In this document: piece after piece, positions 28,172 through 38,172 of the stretch
How positions within the stretch are numbered: position 1 is the first letter of the stretch
Layout of the letters: each line of letters opens with the position of its first letter
From: Ignavibacteriota bacterium
GTDB lineage: Bacteria; Bacteroidota; Ignavibacteria; UBA10030; UBA6906
DNA: 64,000 nucleotides
Direction: 5' to 3'
Assembly: GCA_963801355.1 (NCBI GenBank)
Contig: CAWDEM010000008.1
Coordinates: forward strand, 1,888,001 to 1,952,000
Notes under the pieces: generated by a model
Told to the model about the DNA's origin: nothing
What the model saw: only the letters and a program-made list of their open reading frames with translations
Databases searched by the model: none
Program-made: the position numbers and the translations under genes

Positions 28172-28177
28172 GCCGTC

Positions 28178-29359
28178 TCAGGTGGTTGATGGGGGAGGTG
28201 CAGCCATTCTGCCGACGGCCAGCGACATTCCGACCGTAACCCAGAGCAGGATGACCACCTCTTGATCGCCGAAGCTCCATTCCGTGAGGCCCATAACATG
28301 AAACCCCACGAACACCGCAAGAGCACCGAGCGCGACGGACCCGCGGAACCATTCATCGCGCAGGAGGGCGAACACCCGCCATTCCGTCACGGCGATCTTC
28401 ACGAAAAGCGCATACACCGCGCAAAAACCCACGATCCCGAGTGTGACGAGTATTTGCAGCGGCACATTGTGGAGATGACCGTGATGCTCCGGATTCACCG
28501 TTGTCGCATAGCGATCGTAGAGCTCCCGGAGGTCGATGTCTCCCACACCCACGACCGGATAGTTCGCAAAAATCGTGATTCCCGTGGACCAGAGCATGAC
28601 ACGCGTGGCGTTTTCCGGGTGGTGGACATCGGTGATGCTCGCAAGCCGTTGTTGTACGTACGGCGGGGCGAACAGGACCACCAGGGCGACCAGCAGGACC
28701 AGGGGTATGATCAGTTTGATGTTGCGGACGAGCGCAATGAACAGCATCCCCGCACCAGCCGCGAGATAGGCCCCGCGCGTCACAGTCGCATAGAGGGCGA
28801 TACCCATCGGTATGACCGCGAGCATCCCGGCGATACGCCACCGCAATGGTGTCCGCGGGTGCACGACAAACGGCAGGGTGAGCAGCAGGGCGATCATCAA
28901 CAGTTCAGATGTTGTCATGTAGAACTGGAAGATGCCCAGTCGCGTAACCTCTCCCGCGCCTTCCACGACCAGGGCCCGGACCAGCTTCCCGACGCCCAGA
29001 ATTGAGACCGCGGTGGCTGCGCCGAGCAGCGTCAGCACAACCAGCTTCGCCTTACCTTCGGATGTGATGTGTGTCGCGAAGAAATAGACCACGGCGATCA
29101 GCAGTAATCGTTTGGAGAAGAACAGCGACTGTGCGGCGTTCTCGGAGAATGCCGTGGAGAGAAATTCCGCCACAATCCAGGCGAGAAAGAACCAGTCATA
29201 CGGTGTCGACACGACAGACCATCGGCGCTCCAGAATCATCAGCAGGATCCAGCAGAGTGCCATCAGGCCCAATGACAGGGAATTCACGGCGATGGAGAAG
29301 TAGCATGAAGCGAGAAACAGCACCATCGCCCCATCCATCACACGGCGTACGGTGATCAT
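28178..29359 (-). CDS. O-antigen ligase family protein
   Basis: Multi-TM protein with TRGAY, RVMLW...GVG and HLHN. Confidence 0.88.
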   Translation of the reverse strand: MITVRRVMDGAMVLFLASCYFSIAVNSLSLGLMALCWILLMILERRWSVVSTPYDWFFLAWIVAEFLSTAFSENAAQSLFFSKRLLLIAVVYFFATHITSEGKAKLVVLTLLGAATAVSILGVGKLVRALVVEGAGEVTRLGIFQFYMTTSELLMIALLLTLPFVVHPRTPLRWRIAGMLAVIPMGIALYATVTRGAYLAAGAGMLFIALVRNIKLIIPLVLLVALVVLFAPPYVQQRLASITDVHHPENATRVMLWSTGITIFANYPVVGVGDIDLRELYDRYATTVNPEHHGHLHNVPLQILVTLGIVGFCAVYALFVKIAVTEWRVFALLRDEWFRGSVALGALAVFVGFHVMGLTEWSFGDQEVVILLWVTVGMSLAVGRMAAPPPSTT

Positions 29360-29360
29360 G

Positions 29361-31205
29361 TCAGACCCGGAACTGGAGGTCAAATAACTTCTTATAGAGC
29401 CCACCCCGCTTTTTCAGGAGATCCTGATGTTTTCCTGTTTCAACGATCTTTCCGTCCTCAATCACGATAATCCGGTCGGCGTGCTGCACCGTCGACAGGC
29501 GATGTGCGATGACGATGGATGTCCGCCCGGTCATCAACCGTTCGATGGCCTCCTGCACGAGGATTTCGGATTCGGTATCAAGCGACGAGGTCGCCTCGTC
29601 AAGGATCAGTATCGGGGGATTCTTCAGAATCGCCCTCGCAAGAGCGAGCCGTTGTCGTTCGCCCCCGGAAATCTTTACGCCCCGTTCGCCGATCAGCGAC
29701 TCGTAACCGTTTGGCATCGCGCTGATAAATCCGTGGGCATTCGCGGCTCTCGCCGCCTCCTCGATCCGATCGATTGAGCAGTCTTCGAGCCCATACGCGA
29801 TGTTGTTCCTCACGGTGTCGTTGAAGAGAATAGTTTCCTGGGTCACGATCCCTATATTCTCACGCAGCGACTTCAACTCGACATCACGGAGGTCCAGGCC
29901 GTCTATCGTGATGACACCTCCCGTCGGGTCATAGAACCGGGGCACCAGATCTACGAGGGTGCTCTTCCCGGCGCCGCTGGGGCCAACCACTGCGACCACA
30001 TCGCCCTTGTTGATACGGAGCGAGACATCCCGCAGTACCGGATCTCCCTCGACATAGTGGAAAGAAACGTTGCGGAATTCTATCGCGGACTGGAAGACGT
30101 TCAGGTGCTTGGGCGATGCAGCATCCCTGATGCCTGGTTCTGTATCGAGGATTTCAAAGACCCTCTTCCCGGCGGCGGTGGCCTCCTGGATCCGGTTGTT
30201 CACCCCGCTCAGTTCTTTAATGGGTGGCATCAGCTGGAAGACCGCAAAGAGGAACCCCAGAAACTCGCTCGCCTTGAGGGCCTCATGCTGCAGGACCTGC
30301 ATGCCGCCGTACCAGATAATCACCGCGCCGGCGGCGGCACTCAGAAATTCCGTGGTGGGCGAGGCCAGGTTGCGTATCCGCGTCACCCTCAGGATCGTGT
30401 CGAGATACCCCTGGCCGACGCCGGCGAATTTCTTGTTTTCGAAATTCTCCATCCCGAACGCCTTCACCACCTTCACCCCCGATATCGTTTCGTGCAGTAC
30501 GGAGGTCAGGTCGGCAATGCGCTCCTGCACAAGGCTGGATTCCTTGTGCACCCGGCGCCCGATCCAGGCAATGATCACCGTGGCAACAGGAAACACCACG
30601 AACGCAATCAGCGTCATCTTCCAGCTGATGATGACGGTGATCGTCAGATAGACGGCGATGAGCAATGGCTCGCGGATCATCGTCTGAAAGGTCGCCGAGA
30701 TCCCGGTATTGATCACCGGCACATCGTTCATGATGCGCGAGATGAGATTGCCGGTGCGCTCGTTGCTGAAATAGGCGAGGGGGAGGGCATGGATGTGACG
30801 GTACAGGGCGTTCCGCACGTCGCGGATCAGTCCTTGCTCCACGGCCACCATCAGATTGGACTGCAGATACCCGAAGATGTTCCGGAAGAAGAAGGCAATG
30901 ACGACCACAATGCAGATATTGAACAGTGAATCGACGGGATTGGGGCGGAATACGAGTTGCTGGAACCCCGCAGCCAACCCGTCCTTGAGATTCACCAGCC
31001 AATCGGGGAGGAAGGAGACGCTGGATTGGCTCACGGCGGCGGCGGGTGCGGCCTCGGGCCGGAAGAACAATGTCTCCAGCAGCGGAATGGTCAGATAGAT
31101 CGACATGCCACTAAACAGGGAAAACAGAACCGAGCATGCCATGGATGCAACGAGCTTCAACCAATAGGGGCGCAAATACGTCAGCACACGTCTGTAGATC
31201 GTCAT
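29361..31205 (-). CDS. msbA: MsbA-type ABC exporter
   Basis: TMD plus NBD with GPSGAGKS, ISGGERQR and LDEATS; LPS gene context. Start set at MTIYRR. Confidence 0.85.
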   Translation of the reverse strand: MTIYRRVLTYLRPYWLKLVASMACSVLFSLFSGMSIYLTIPLLETLFFRPEAAPAAAVSQSSVSFLPDWLVNLKDGLAAGFQQLVFRPNPVDSLFNICIVVVIAFFFRNIFGYLQSNLMVAVEQGLIRDVRNALYRHIHALPLAYFSNERTGNLISRIMNDVPVINTGISATFQTMIREPLLIAVYLTITVIISWKMTLIAFVVFPVATVIIAWIGRRVHKESSLVQERIADLTSVLHETISGVKVVKAFGMENFENKKFAGVGQGYLDTILRVTRIRNLASPTTEFLSAAAGAVIIWYGGMQVLQHEALKASEFLGFLFAVFQLMPPIKELSGVNNRIQEATAAGKRVFEILDTEPGIRDAASPKHLNVFQSAIEFRNVSFHYVEGDPVLRDVSLRINKGDVVAVVGPSGAGKSTLVDLVPRFYDPTGGVITIDGLDLRDVELKSLRENIGIVTQETILFNDTVRNNIAYGLEDCSIDRIEEAARAANAHGFISAMPNGYESLIGERGVKISGGERQRLALARAILKNPPILILDEATSSLDTESEILVQEAIERLMTGRTSIVIAHRLSTVQHADRIIVIEDGKIVETGKHQDLLKKRGGLYKKLFDLQFRV

Positions 31206-32023
31206 GCCTTCCTCTTGAGGATGTTCAGCTCCGCGTTGGTGATCGGCGGGAGCTGGCCTTTTCCCTCTGCCTGGCGCATCCGGTATTCCCAGAGTTTGGC
31301 ATACATCAACATCGCATACGTGGCGTCCAGCAGGGCAAGAACAAAACCGTGGAAACCGTCCTTGTAGCCTTTTCTCGAAATAAACATGCGGAGGAAATGT
31401 GACAGAGGGTTCAGCATGAGATGATGCCACCGCACGTCGATGTCGGGGTGATCCTTCAGCTTGTTCGATACATGCAACGAAGTATACTCATTCATCTTCT
31501 CCACGTACGCATAGATGGTCTCGTAGGTGTGATGATAGAGATGCCCCTTGAGCTCTCCCCGCTTTCCTTTCGTATTGAATCCCCCGTGGATTTCCTGATG
31601 CTCGGGATAGTACCTGTCGCGCCGAAAAAATCTGAACTGGTTGTCGGGAAACCACCCGCCGTGTTCGATCCAGCGGCCGAAAGCACGGGGCTTCCGGACA
31701 AAACTGAAACCAGCGCACTCCGTTCCTTCGCGCAGCACCTTCTGCACCTCGTCTTTGAGCTCGGGGGACATCTCCTCATCTGCATCAATGACGAATATCC
31801 AGTCTCCCGTCGCATACCCGATCCCCCGCTCCACCTGCTTGCTCGTGCCGGGGTACTCGTGCTGGTAGACCTTTGCCGTATACTTCTGTGCCAGCGCTAC
31901 GGTCCCGTCGGTGCTGAAGGAATCGACGACAACAATCTCATCAGCCCAGCTGACACTCCCCAGACACCGGTCGATGTTGCGCTCCTCGTTCAACGTCACG
32001 AGAACGACAGTGAGACGTTCCAT
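31202..32023 (-). CDS. Glycosyltransferase family 2
   Basis: VVDSFSTDGT and IDADE; paralogue of 27389-28171. Confidence 0.92.
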   Translation of the reverse strand: MERLTVVLVTLNEERNIDRCLGSVSWADEIVVVDSFSTDGTVALAQKYTAKVYQHEYPGTSKQVERGIGYATGDWIFVIDADEEMSPELKDEVQKVLREGTECAGFSFVRKPRAFGRWIEHGGWFPDNQFRFFRRDRYYPEHQEIHGGFNTKGKRGELKGHLYHHTYETIYAYVEKMNEYTSLHVSNKLKDHPDIDVRWHHLMLNPLSHFLRMFISRKGYKDGFHGFVLALLDATYAMLMYAKLWEYRMRQAEGKGQLPPITNAELNILKRKA

Positions 32024-32026
32024 TGG

Positions 32027-34606
32027 CTACCGCACCACGATATTCACGAGTTTGTTTCTCACCACGATGATCTTGACGACCTGTTTACCCTCGGTATATT
32101 TCCGGACACCCGCGTCCGCGGCGGCGAGTTTCTTCAGTTCCTCCTCCTGGGCCGTTGCCGGAACAGCAATCTTGCCGCGGAGCTTGCCGTTGACCTGGAG
32201 GACCACCTCGACGGTATCGCTGTGAATCCGCGCCGGGTCATAGGAAGGCCAGGGTGCGTACGTCAGGCTCTCTGCATGCCCCAGTTTCTGCCAGAGCTCT
32301 TCCGCCACGTGCGGTGCAAACGGCGCAAGGAGAAGAAGGAAGGGCTCCAGCACCGCCCGCGGACGGAGGTCCGCCTTCATCACTTCGTTCACAAAGATCA
32401 TGCACTGGGAGATTACCGTGTTGAAGCGGAGAGCCTCAATGTCATCCCCCACCTTCTTCACCGTTGCGTGGTACACCCGCTCAAGTTCAGGTGTGGGCGT
32501 GTCCGAGTTCAACCGGGGGTCCGTGTTGCCCTGTTCGTCGACGTACAGCCGCCAGACACGGTTCAGAAAACGGAAGACCCCGTCAACTCCCCTCGTGTTC
32601 CAGGGCTTCATCTCTTCAAGGGGTCCCATGAACATCTCGAACAGCCGCATCGCATCGGCCCCGTATTCCTTCACGACGTCGTCAGGGTTCACGACGTTGC
32701 CCCTGGACTTCGACATCTTCCGGGAATCCTCGCCCAGGATGATCCCCTGATGGCGAAGTTTCACGAAGGGCTCCCTGGTGCTCACATGCCCGAGATCGAA
32801 CAGCACCTTGTGCCAGAAGCGGGCGTACATCAGGTGCAGGACGGCATGCTCCGACCCGCCGAGATAGAAATCGACGGGCATCCAGTAGCGTTCCAGCGCC
32901 GGATCACAGAACGCCCGGGCGTTGGACGGGTCAATGTACCGGAGATAGTACCAGCACGAGCCCGCCCATTGGGGCATCGTATTTGTTTCGCGACGTCCTT
33001 TCAGTCCCGTCACAGGATCAACGACAGCGATCCACTCGGTCGCCAGTGCCAGAGGAGATTCCGTCGTACCGCTCGGCTGGAACTTCGTGAGGTCCGGAAG
33101 GAGAAGCGGCAGTTCATCATCCGCCAGGGGTTGCATCGTGCCATCTTCGAAGTGAACGATGGGGATCGGCTCGCCCCAGTATCGCTGCCGCGAAAAGAGC
33201 CAGTCCCGCAGTTTGAATTGTACCACCGGAGTTCCCAGGCCCCGCTTCTCCAACCAGGCGATGATGCGTGATTTTGCCTCGGGCGTTGTCAGGCCGTTCA
33301 GCGACACCTCACTATTGGCGGAATGCACCGCCACCCCGTCGCCGGTATAGGGCTCCTGCAGCACATTTCCTCCGCTGACGACTTCCACAATCGGCAATGC
33401 ATATCTGCGGGCAAACGCATAGTCCCTTTCGTCGTGCCCGGGCACCGCCATGATCGCACCGGTGCCGTATCCCATCAGCACATAGTCGGCAATCCACACA
33501 GGGATCTGAGCTCCGGTGGCCGGATTCACCGCCATGCCCCCCGTAAAAACGCCGGTTTTGTTTTGTTCGACATCCCGCTCGCGCTCGCTTTTGCGGCGGG
33601 CCTGTTCACGGTACGCTTCCACCTGTGCGCGCAGCTCCGGCGTTGTCAATGCATCCACAAGAGGATGCTCCGGCGAAAGCACCATGTACGTCGCCCCGAA
33701 GACCGTATCCGGTCGCGTGGTGAACACACGGAAGTATCCCGTCTGTCCTGCGATCGGAAAATCCATCATCGCGCCCTCCGACCGCCCGATCCAGTTCCGC
33801 TGCTGTTCGAGCGTGGATGCAGGCCAGTCAAGGTCCCGGACATCGTTCAGCAGCCGTTCCGCATAGGCGGTAATCCGCATCATCCATTGTCTCATGGGGC
33901 GGCGTTCAACGCTGTAGCCCTTGTCGACCCACTCGTCCACTTCTTCATTGGCCAGGACTGTGCCGAGCCCCTCGCACCAGTTGACAGGAATTTCCGCGAT
34001 GTAGGCGAGCCTGTAGCGTGCAAGGACGTCCTGTTGCTGTTTTCGCGTCATGCGTTGCCACTCTTCGGACGAAAACGGGACGTCTTCGGCGAGGCCTGCG
34101 GACCCCCGGGAGGCGAAGCGGTCGATGAGGGTCTGGATGGGACGGGCTTTATCAGCCTCCTGATCATACCAGGAGTTGTAGATCTGCAGGAAAATCCATT
34201 GTGTCCATTTGTAGTAGGCGGGATCTGTGGTATCCACTTCCCGTGCCCAGTCGTAGCTCAGCCCCAGCATCTTGATCTGCCGCCTGAACGTCGCGATGTT
34301 CTGCTCCGTCGTCGTGCGCGGATGAATGTTGGTCTGCATAGCGTACCGTTCCGCCGGAAGGCCGAACGCGTCCCACCCCATGGGATGCAGCACGTGGAAA
34401 CCACGCATCCTCTGGAAACGTGCAACGATATCCGTGGCGGTGTATCCCTCCGGATGGCCGACGTGCAGGCCTGCCCCCGAGGGGTAGGGATACATGTCGA
34501 GGATGTAGAGTTTGGGTTTCGAAGAAAGTGGATCCGTCCGGAATGTCTGCTGCTGGTCCCAGTACGCCTGCCACTTGGGTTCAATCGTCGCGAAGGGGTA
34601 CGCCAC
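32027..34606 (-). CDS. leuS: Leucine--tRNA ligase
   Basis: [27 protein letters not shown] and KMSKS. Confidence 0.98.
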   Translation of the reverse strand: MAYPFATIEPKWQAYWDQQQTFRTDPLSSKPKLYILDMYPYPSGAGLHVGHPEGYTATDIVARFQRMRGFHVLHPMGWDAFGLPAERYAMQTNIHPRTTTEQNIATFRRQIKMLGLSYDWAREVDTTDPAYYKWTQWIFLQIYNSWYDQEADKARPIQTLIDRFASRGSAGLAEDVPFSSEEWQRMTRKQQQDVLARYRLAYIAEIPVNWCEGLGTVLANEEVDEWVDKGYSVERRPMRQWMMRITAYAERLLNDVRDLDWPASTLEQQRNWIGRSEGAMMDFPIAGQTGYFRVFTTRPDTVFGATYMVLSPEHPLVDALTTPELRAQVEAYREQARRKSERERDVEQNKTGVFTGGMAVNPATGAQIPVWIADYVLMGYGTGAIMAVPGHDERDYAFARRYALPIVEVVSGGNVLQEPYTGDGVAVHSANSEVSLNGLTTPEAKSRIIAWLEKRGLGTPVVQFKLRDWLFSRQRYWGEPIPIVHFEDGTMQPLADDELPLLLPDLTKFQPSGTTESPLALATEWIAVVDPVTGLKGRRETNTMPQWAGSCWYYLRYIDPSNARAFCDPALERYWMPVDFYLGGSEHAVLHLMYARFWHKVLFDLGHVSTREPFVKLRHQGIILGEDSRKMSKSRGNVVNPDDVVKEYGADAMRLFEMFMGPLEEMKPWNTRGVDGVFRFLNRVWRLYVDEQGNTDPRLNSDTPTPELERVYHATVKKVGDDIEALRFNTVISQCMIFVNEVMKADLRPRAVLEPFLLLLAPFAPHVAEELWQKLGHAESLTYAPWPSYDPARIHSDTVEVVLQVNGKLRGKIAVPATAQEEELKKLAAADAGVRKYTEGKQVVKIIVVRNKLVNIVVR

Positions 34607-35549
34607 TGCTGTCTTCCTTGGTGCTTGCTGTCGGTGGATGTTGGGTGACTTGCGATTCCTCGAGATACAGGCGTGCAGTCATGAGGCTGCCGAGCCGGAG
34701 GCGCTCACGGAGCTCATCGGCGGTGGCACCGTGGCGTGCCATCAGCACGGCCGCGGTGTGCCGGAGGGAGAACGGGGTGATGCGGCGGTCCGGGTGCTGT
34801 TTGAGTCCGGCGGTGACGAGTGAAGCATTGATACGGTCGCGCACACCGCGCGTGGTCATGCGCTGGCCCCGGGTGCGGTTGCCCGCACTTGCAAAGAGCG
34901 GCTCTGCCGCCTCCGGGTGCCCGCGAACCGAGAGATACTGGTCGAGGGCGGCCCGCGCCTCCGGCTGCAGCAGCACGCGCTCGTCCTTCTGCTTCCGCCC
35001 TTTCCCCTGCACCAGCATCCAATGTCCGCGGTCGTCATTCGTCAGATCGCGGATGTCGGCACGCACGAGCTCGATTTCCGACAGGCCGCATTGGAGCATG
35101 AGCAGCAGCATGGCATGATCTCTGATGCCGCGCTCGTCCGGTGTGTGCGCGCCCGCGAGCAGGATCCGCACCTCCTCCTCGCTCAGAAAGTCTCTCGAAT
35201 GGGACGCCGGCCGGCGGTTGCCCCCGACGTACCGTGCGGGATTATCCTCCAGGACCTTCCGGTCCACCAGGTAGGCACAGAAACGGCGCAGCGCGGTCAG
35301 GTATGTAGAGACCGACACTTCCGACAATTTTCTGCGGACGGCCAGGTAGTGTTTATACCGGCGCACATCTTTCACGCGGAAACGGAAGTGCGGATCGCGG
35401 GGGAACCACCGGAGGAATTCGCGGAGCGCCCGCGTGTAGGTACCGCGGGTTTCCGGCGTGTCGCGCTTGAGGCTGGCAACGAAACCGTCGAAATGCCGTG
35501 TCAGGGCACGCGTGGAGAGGCGGACCTGCTTGAATGTCGGATCGTTCAT
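34581..35549 (-). CDS. Tyrosine-recombinase-like protein with degenerate active site
   Basis: XerC/D-like SAM and catalytic folds (DNPA, RDHAML, VQGKG, PLF, SLRHT), but GLSEIEL, PFSLRH and RLRL replace GxRxxE, HxLRH and LGH. Confidence 0.88.
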   Translation of the reverse strand: MNDPTFKQVRLSTRALTRHFDGFVASLKRDTPETRGTYTRALREFLRWFPRDPHFRFRVKDVRRYKHYLAVRRKLSEVSVSTYLTALRRFCAYLVDRKVLEDNPARYVGGNRRPASHSRDFLSEEEVRILLAGAHTPDERGIRDHAMLLLMLQCGLSEIELVRADIRDLTNDDRGHWMLVQGKGRKQKDERVLLQPEARAALDQYLSVRGHPEAAEPLFASAGNRTRGQRMTTRGVRDRINASLVTAGLKQHPDRRITPFSLRHTAAVLMARHGATADELRERLRLGSLMTARLYLEESQVTQHPPTASTKEDSSGVPLRDD

Positions 35550-35583
35550 GAATGCAGGATGAGAGAAAACGCAATAACAGAAG

Positions 35584-37356
35584 CTAACGAACTCCGGGGG
35601 AAGAAGCAAGGGACTGCGAAGACTGCGGGCAGGCAACGATGCGGATGACCATCATCGTTATGTCATCGGATTGCGGCGCACCGGCGGCGTGCACCAGAAT
35701 GTCGCGGTGTATAGCGTCAAGCAGACCCTGCGCATCTGCGGATCCGGCTCCGGTGATCATCGCCTCCAGGCGTTCTTCTCCGTATTCCCGGCCCGAGCCG
35801 TTCATCGCTTCGCTCACTCCGTCCGTGAAGAGCACCAACCGGTCTCCGGCGCGCAGCGCCACCTCCCCTTCTTCATACGGTGTCGTTGTCTCCATGACGC
35901 CGAGAATCATTCCCCCTTTGTCCAGCCGCTCCAGAGAGCCACCCCCGCGGAGCACATAGGGATAGTTGTGCCCCGCATTCACATAGCGCAAAGTGCACTC
36001 GCGGTGGTCCAGCACTCCCCAGAAAAATGTCACAAACTTGTCGCCTCCGGTGTTCTGGCACATCAGGTCGTTCACGCGCCCGGTGAGTTCCCCGAGCGGC
36101 AGTTTCAGCGGCACCAGGGCGCGAATCGTCGCTTGCGTGTTCGCCATCAGCAGCGCTGCGGGGGTCCCTTTGCCCGACACGTCACCGATGGCAACAACGA
36201 AACGGTGGTCATCAAGCGGCACGACGTCGTAGTAGTCGCCTCCCACCTGCTTTGACGAAAAATTCGCCGCTGCAATATCGACCCCCTGCACGGTCGGGAG
36301 AACACTCGGCAGGAGCCCCTTCTGGATTTCCCGCGCGATCACCAACTCGTCTTCCATACGCTGCTTTTCAATCGCCTCTTTGAACAGGCGGGCGTTTTCC
36401 AGCGTGATGATTGCAAGGTTTCCGAGTGCAGAGAGGAACTCGAAGTCCGCGGGAGCGAACCGTTCGTGATTCAGCTTTTCGCCCAGCAGGATCACCCCCT
36501 GCACCTGCCCCTGCAGCGCCATGGGAACGATCGCACGGAGACCGAGGGACTCCAGAGTCGGACGCGGGTCGACCGCACCGGTCACAATCATCTCCGCAAT
36601 CGCGGTCGGCGTTTTCACTCTCGTCAGCAGGGCCAGCAATTCGGGCTGGGGTAGTGCACCGTCGACCCGCGACGCCGCGATCCGCATGTCACCCCCCTCC
36701 TTCAGGCACACCAGGTACCGGTGCACGCCCACCTGTCCCATAAGGGAAAACACCAGGAGCCGCACAAGCTTCTGGGGATCCAGAACGGCACCGAATTCCT
36801 TCCCCAGCTCAAACAGTGTGTTCAGTTCCTGGATTTTCCGGTCCAGGCGCCGGTTCACCTGTTTCAGCTCGGCGATGATATGGCATTTGGCGATGGCCGT
36901 GGCGGAGATGTTCGCCAGCGAACGGAGATACGTCGTTTCACGCATCGTGAGGCGTCGCGGCGTTCCGCGTCGCCCGAACGCAAGCATCCCGATGGGTCCG
37001 CTCCCGCTCCGGAGGGGCAGGACTATTTCCAACCCTTGCTCGCGGAGATATTTCACCCAGGGGTGACGCTGCGGATTGATGCGATCGACATACTGCATGC
37101 CACGGGGTAATGTGCGGATGGAGAGCGCACACTCCCGCCCCTCCGAAGGCACGCCTTTCACCATCTCGCACCGGTACGTGCCATCGTCATGGCGCAGGAT
37201 AGCCGCACCACGGCTCGACATCAATTTCCCCATGAGGGTCAGCAAGATATGGCTGAGAATGAACCGGAGATCGAGGGATGAATTGATGACCGTGCTGAAT
37301 TCGAAGAGTGCGGAGTGTTCGAAATGGCTTTCGTACGTCGGGGTTGGCGGGGCCAT
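35584..37356 (-). CDS. GAF-GAF-PP2C (SpoIIE/RsbU-like) phosphatase
   Basis: VGGDYYD, GDVSGKG, NAGH, FTDGVSE and SDDIT. Confidence 0.92.
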   Translation of the reverse strand: MAPPTPTYESHFEHSALFEFSTVINSSLDLRFILSHILLTLMGKLMSSRGAAILRHDDGTYRCEMVKGVPSEGRECALSIRTLPRGMQYVDRINPQRHPWVKYLREQGLEIVLPLRSGSGPIGMLAFGRRGTPRRLTMRETTYLRSLANISATAIAKCHIIAELKQVNRRLDRKIQELNTLFELGKEFGAVLDPQKLVRLLVFSLMGQVGVHRYLVCLKEGGDMRIAASRVDGALPQPELLALLTRVKTPTAIAEMIVTGAVDPRPTLESLGLRAIVPMALQGQVQGVILLGEKLNHERFAPADFEFLSALGNLAIITLENARLFKEAIEKQRMEDELVIAREIQKGLLPSVLPTVQGVDIAAANFSSKQVGGDYYDVVPLDDHRFVVAIGDVSGKGTPAALLMANTQATIRALVPLKLPLGELTGRVNDLMCQNTGGDKFVTFFWGVLDHRECTLRYVNAGHNYPYVLRGGGSLERLDKGGMILGVMETTTPYEEGEVALRAGDRLVLFTDGVSEAMNGSGREYGEERLEAMITGAGSADAQGLLDAIHRDILVHAAGAPQSDDITMMVIRIVACPQSSQSLASSPGVR

Positions 37357-37357
37357 G

Positions 37358-37783
37358 TCAGCGGGCGAGGAGCTTGGTCAGGTGTACTTCGTTGTGTCTG
37401 CCCGGGACGATCTTGTATTCGACCTTATCCATCAGGGACTTCATCAGATAGACCCCCAATCCGCCATGGCGGTAGTGTGTGAGGTATTCTTTCATATCGG
37501 GCGACTGGATCCGGGAGGGATCGAAACCGATGCCGGAGTCGGTGATAACGATTTCCAATCCGCCGGTCTTGTTCTTCACCGTCACCGTGATTTCTTTGGA
37601 GGGATCAAATTTATAGGCATGCTTGATGATGTTCGTGCAGGCTTCATCCACTGCGAGGGCGATTTTGCTCACCTCATCATCCGGGAACCCGCATTCCCGC
37701 GCTGCCGCCGAAACGAATTCGCGGACAGCGACGAGGCGTTCGGTGCGACTTTCAATATGGATGGTGCGCTTTCCCACGCTCAT
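37358..37783 (-). CDS. rsbW: Anti-sigma factor Ser kinase, RsbW-like
   Basis: LAVDEACTNIIKHAY, DSGIGF and GGLGVYLMKSLMD. Confidence 0.88.
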   Translation of the reverse strand: MSVGKRTIHIESRTERLVAVREFVSAAARECGFPDDEVSKIALAVDEACTNIIKHAYKFDPSKEITVTVKNKTGGLEIVITDSGIGFDPSRIQSPDMKEYLTHYRHGGLGVYLMKSLMDKVEYKIVPGRHNEVHLTKLLAR

Positions 37784-38133
37784 TTTGCCGCGAGAAATTT
37801 CTGCACCGCGTCCTGCTCGTCTTTGGTGATCTCATACAGGAGGGGAAAACCGAGGAGATCGAAAACGTTGAACACCTTCGCCGACATATTGGAGAGCTTG
37901 ATATCGCCTTTGTTCTTCCGGACATCCTCGATGTAGGCCATGAAGACGCCCAAGCCGGCGCTGCTGATGTAGGAGAGGTCTTTGCAGTTGACGACAATGT
38001 TATAGCGCTGGTTCCTGAGAAGCGTCTGGAATGCCTCCTCCAGGGTGGGAGCAGTATGCGCGTCCAGATATCCCTTCAATTCAAGGATATGGACGGTGTC
38101 GTGTTCCCGTTGCGCGATTTTGAACTCACTCAT
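37780..38133 (-). CDS. rsbV: STAS anti-sigma antagonist, RsbV-like
   Basis: GYLDAHT and phospho-Ser motif YISSAGLG. Confidence 0.9.
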   Translation of the reverse strand: MSEFKIAQREHDTVHILELKGYLDAHTAPTLEEAFQTLLRNQRYNIVVNCKDLSYISSAGLGVFMAYIEDVRKNKGDIKLSNMSAKVFNVFDLLGFPLLYEITKDEQDAVQKFLAAK

Positions 38134-38172
38134 GAAAGCGTCCTCCCAGATGCAGAGCCAACGTGACAGACG

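Noticed and set aside
31421-34648. Long plus-strand ORFs (616 aa and 441 aa) antisense to leuS
   Set aside because: Shadow frames expected from GC-rich codon bias. They have no recognisable motifs and almost entirely overlap leuS and the adjacent GT2 gene.
34581-35549. Calling this gene xerC/xerD or a prophage integrase
   Set aside because: Three catalytic residues are missing, and no att sites or phage genes are nearby.
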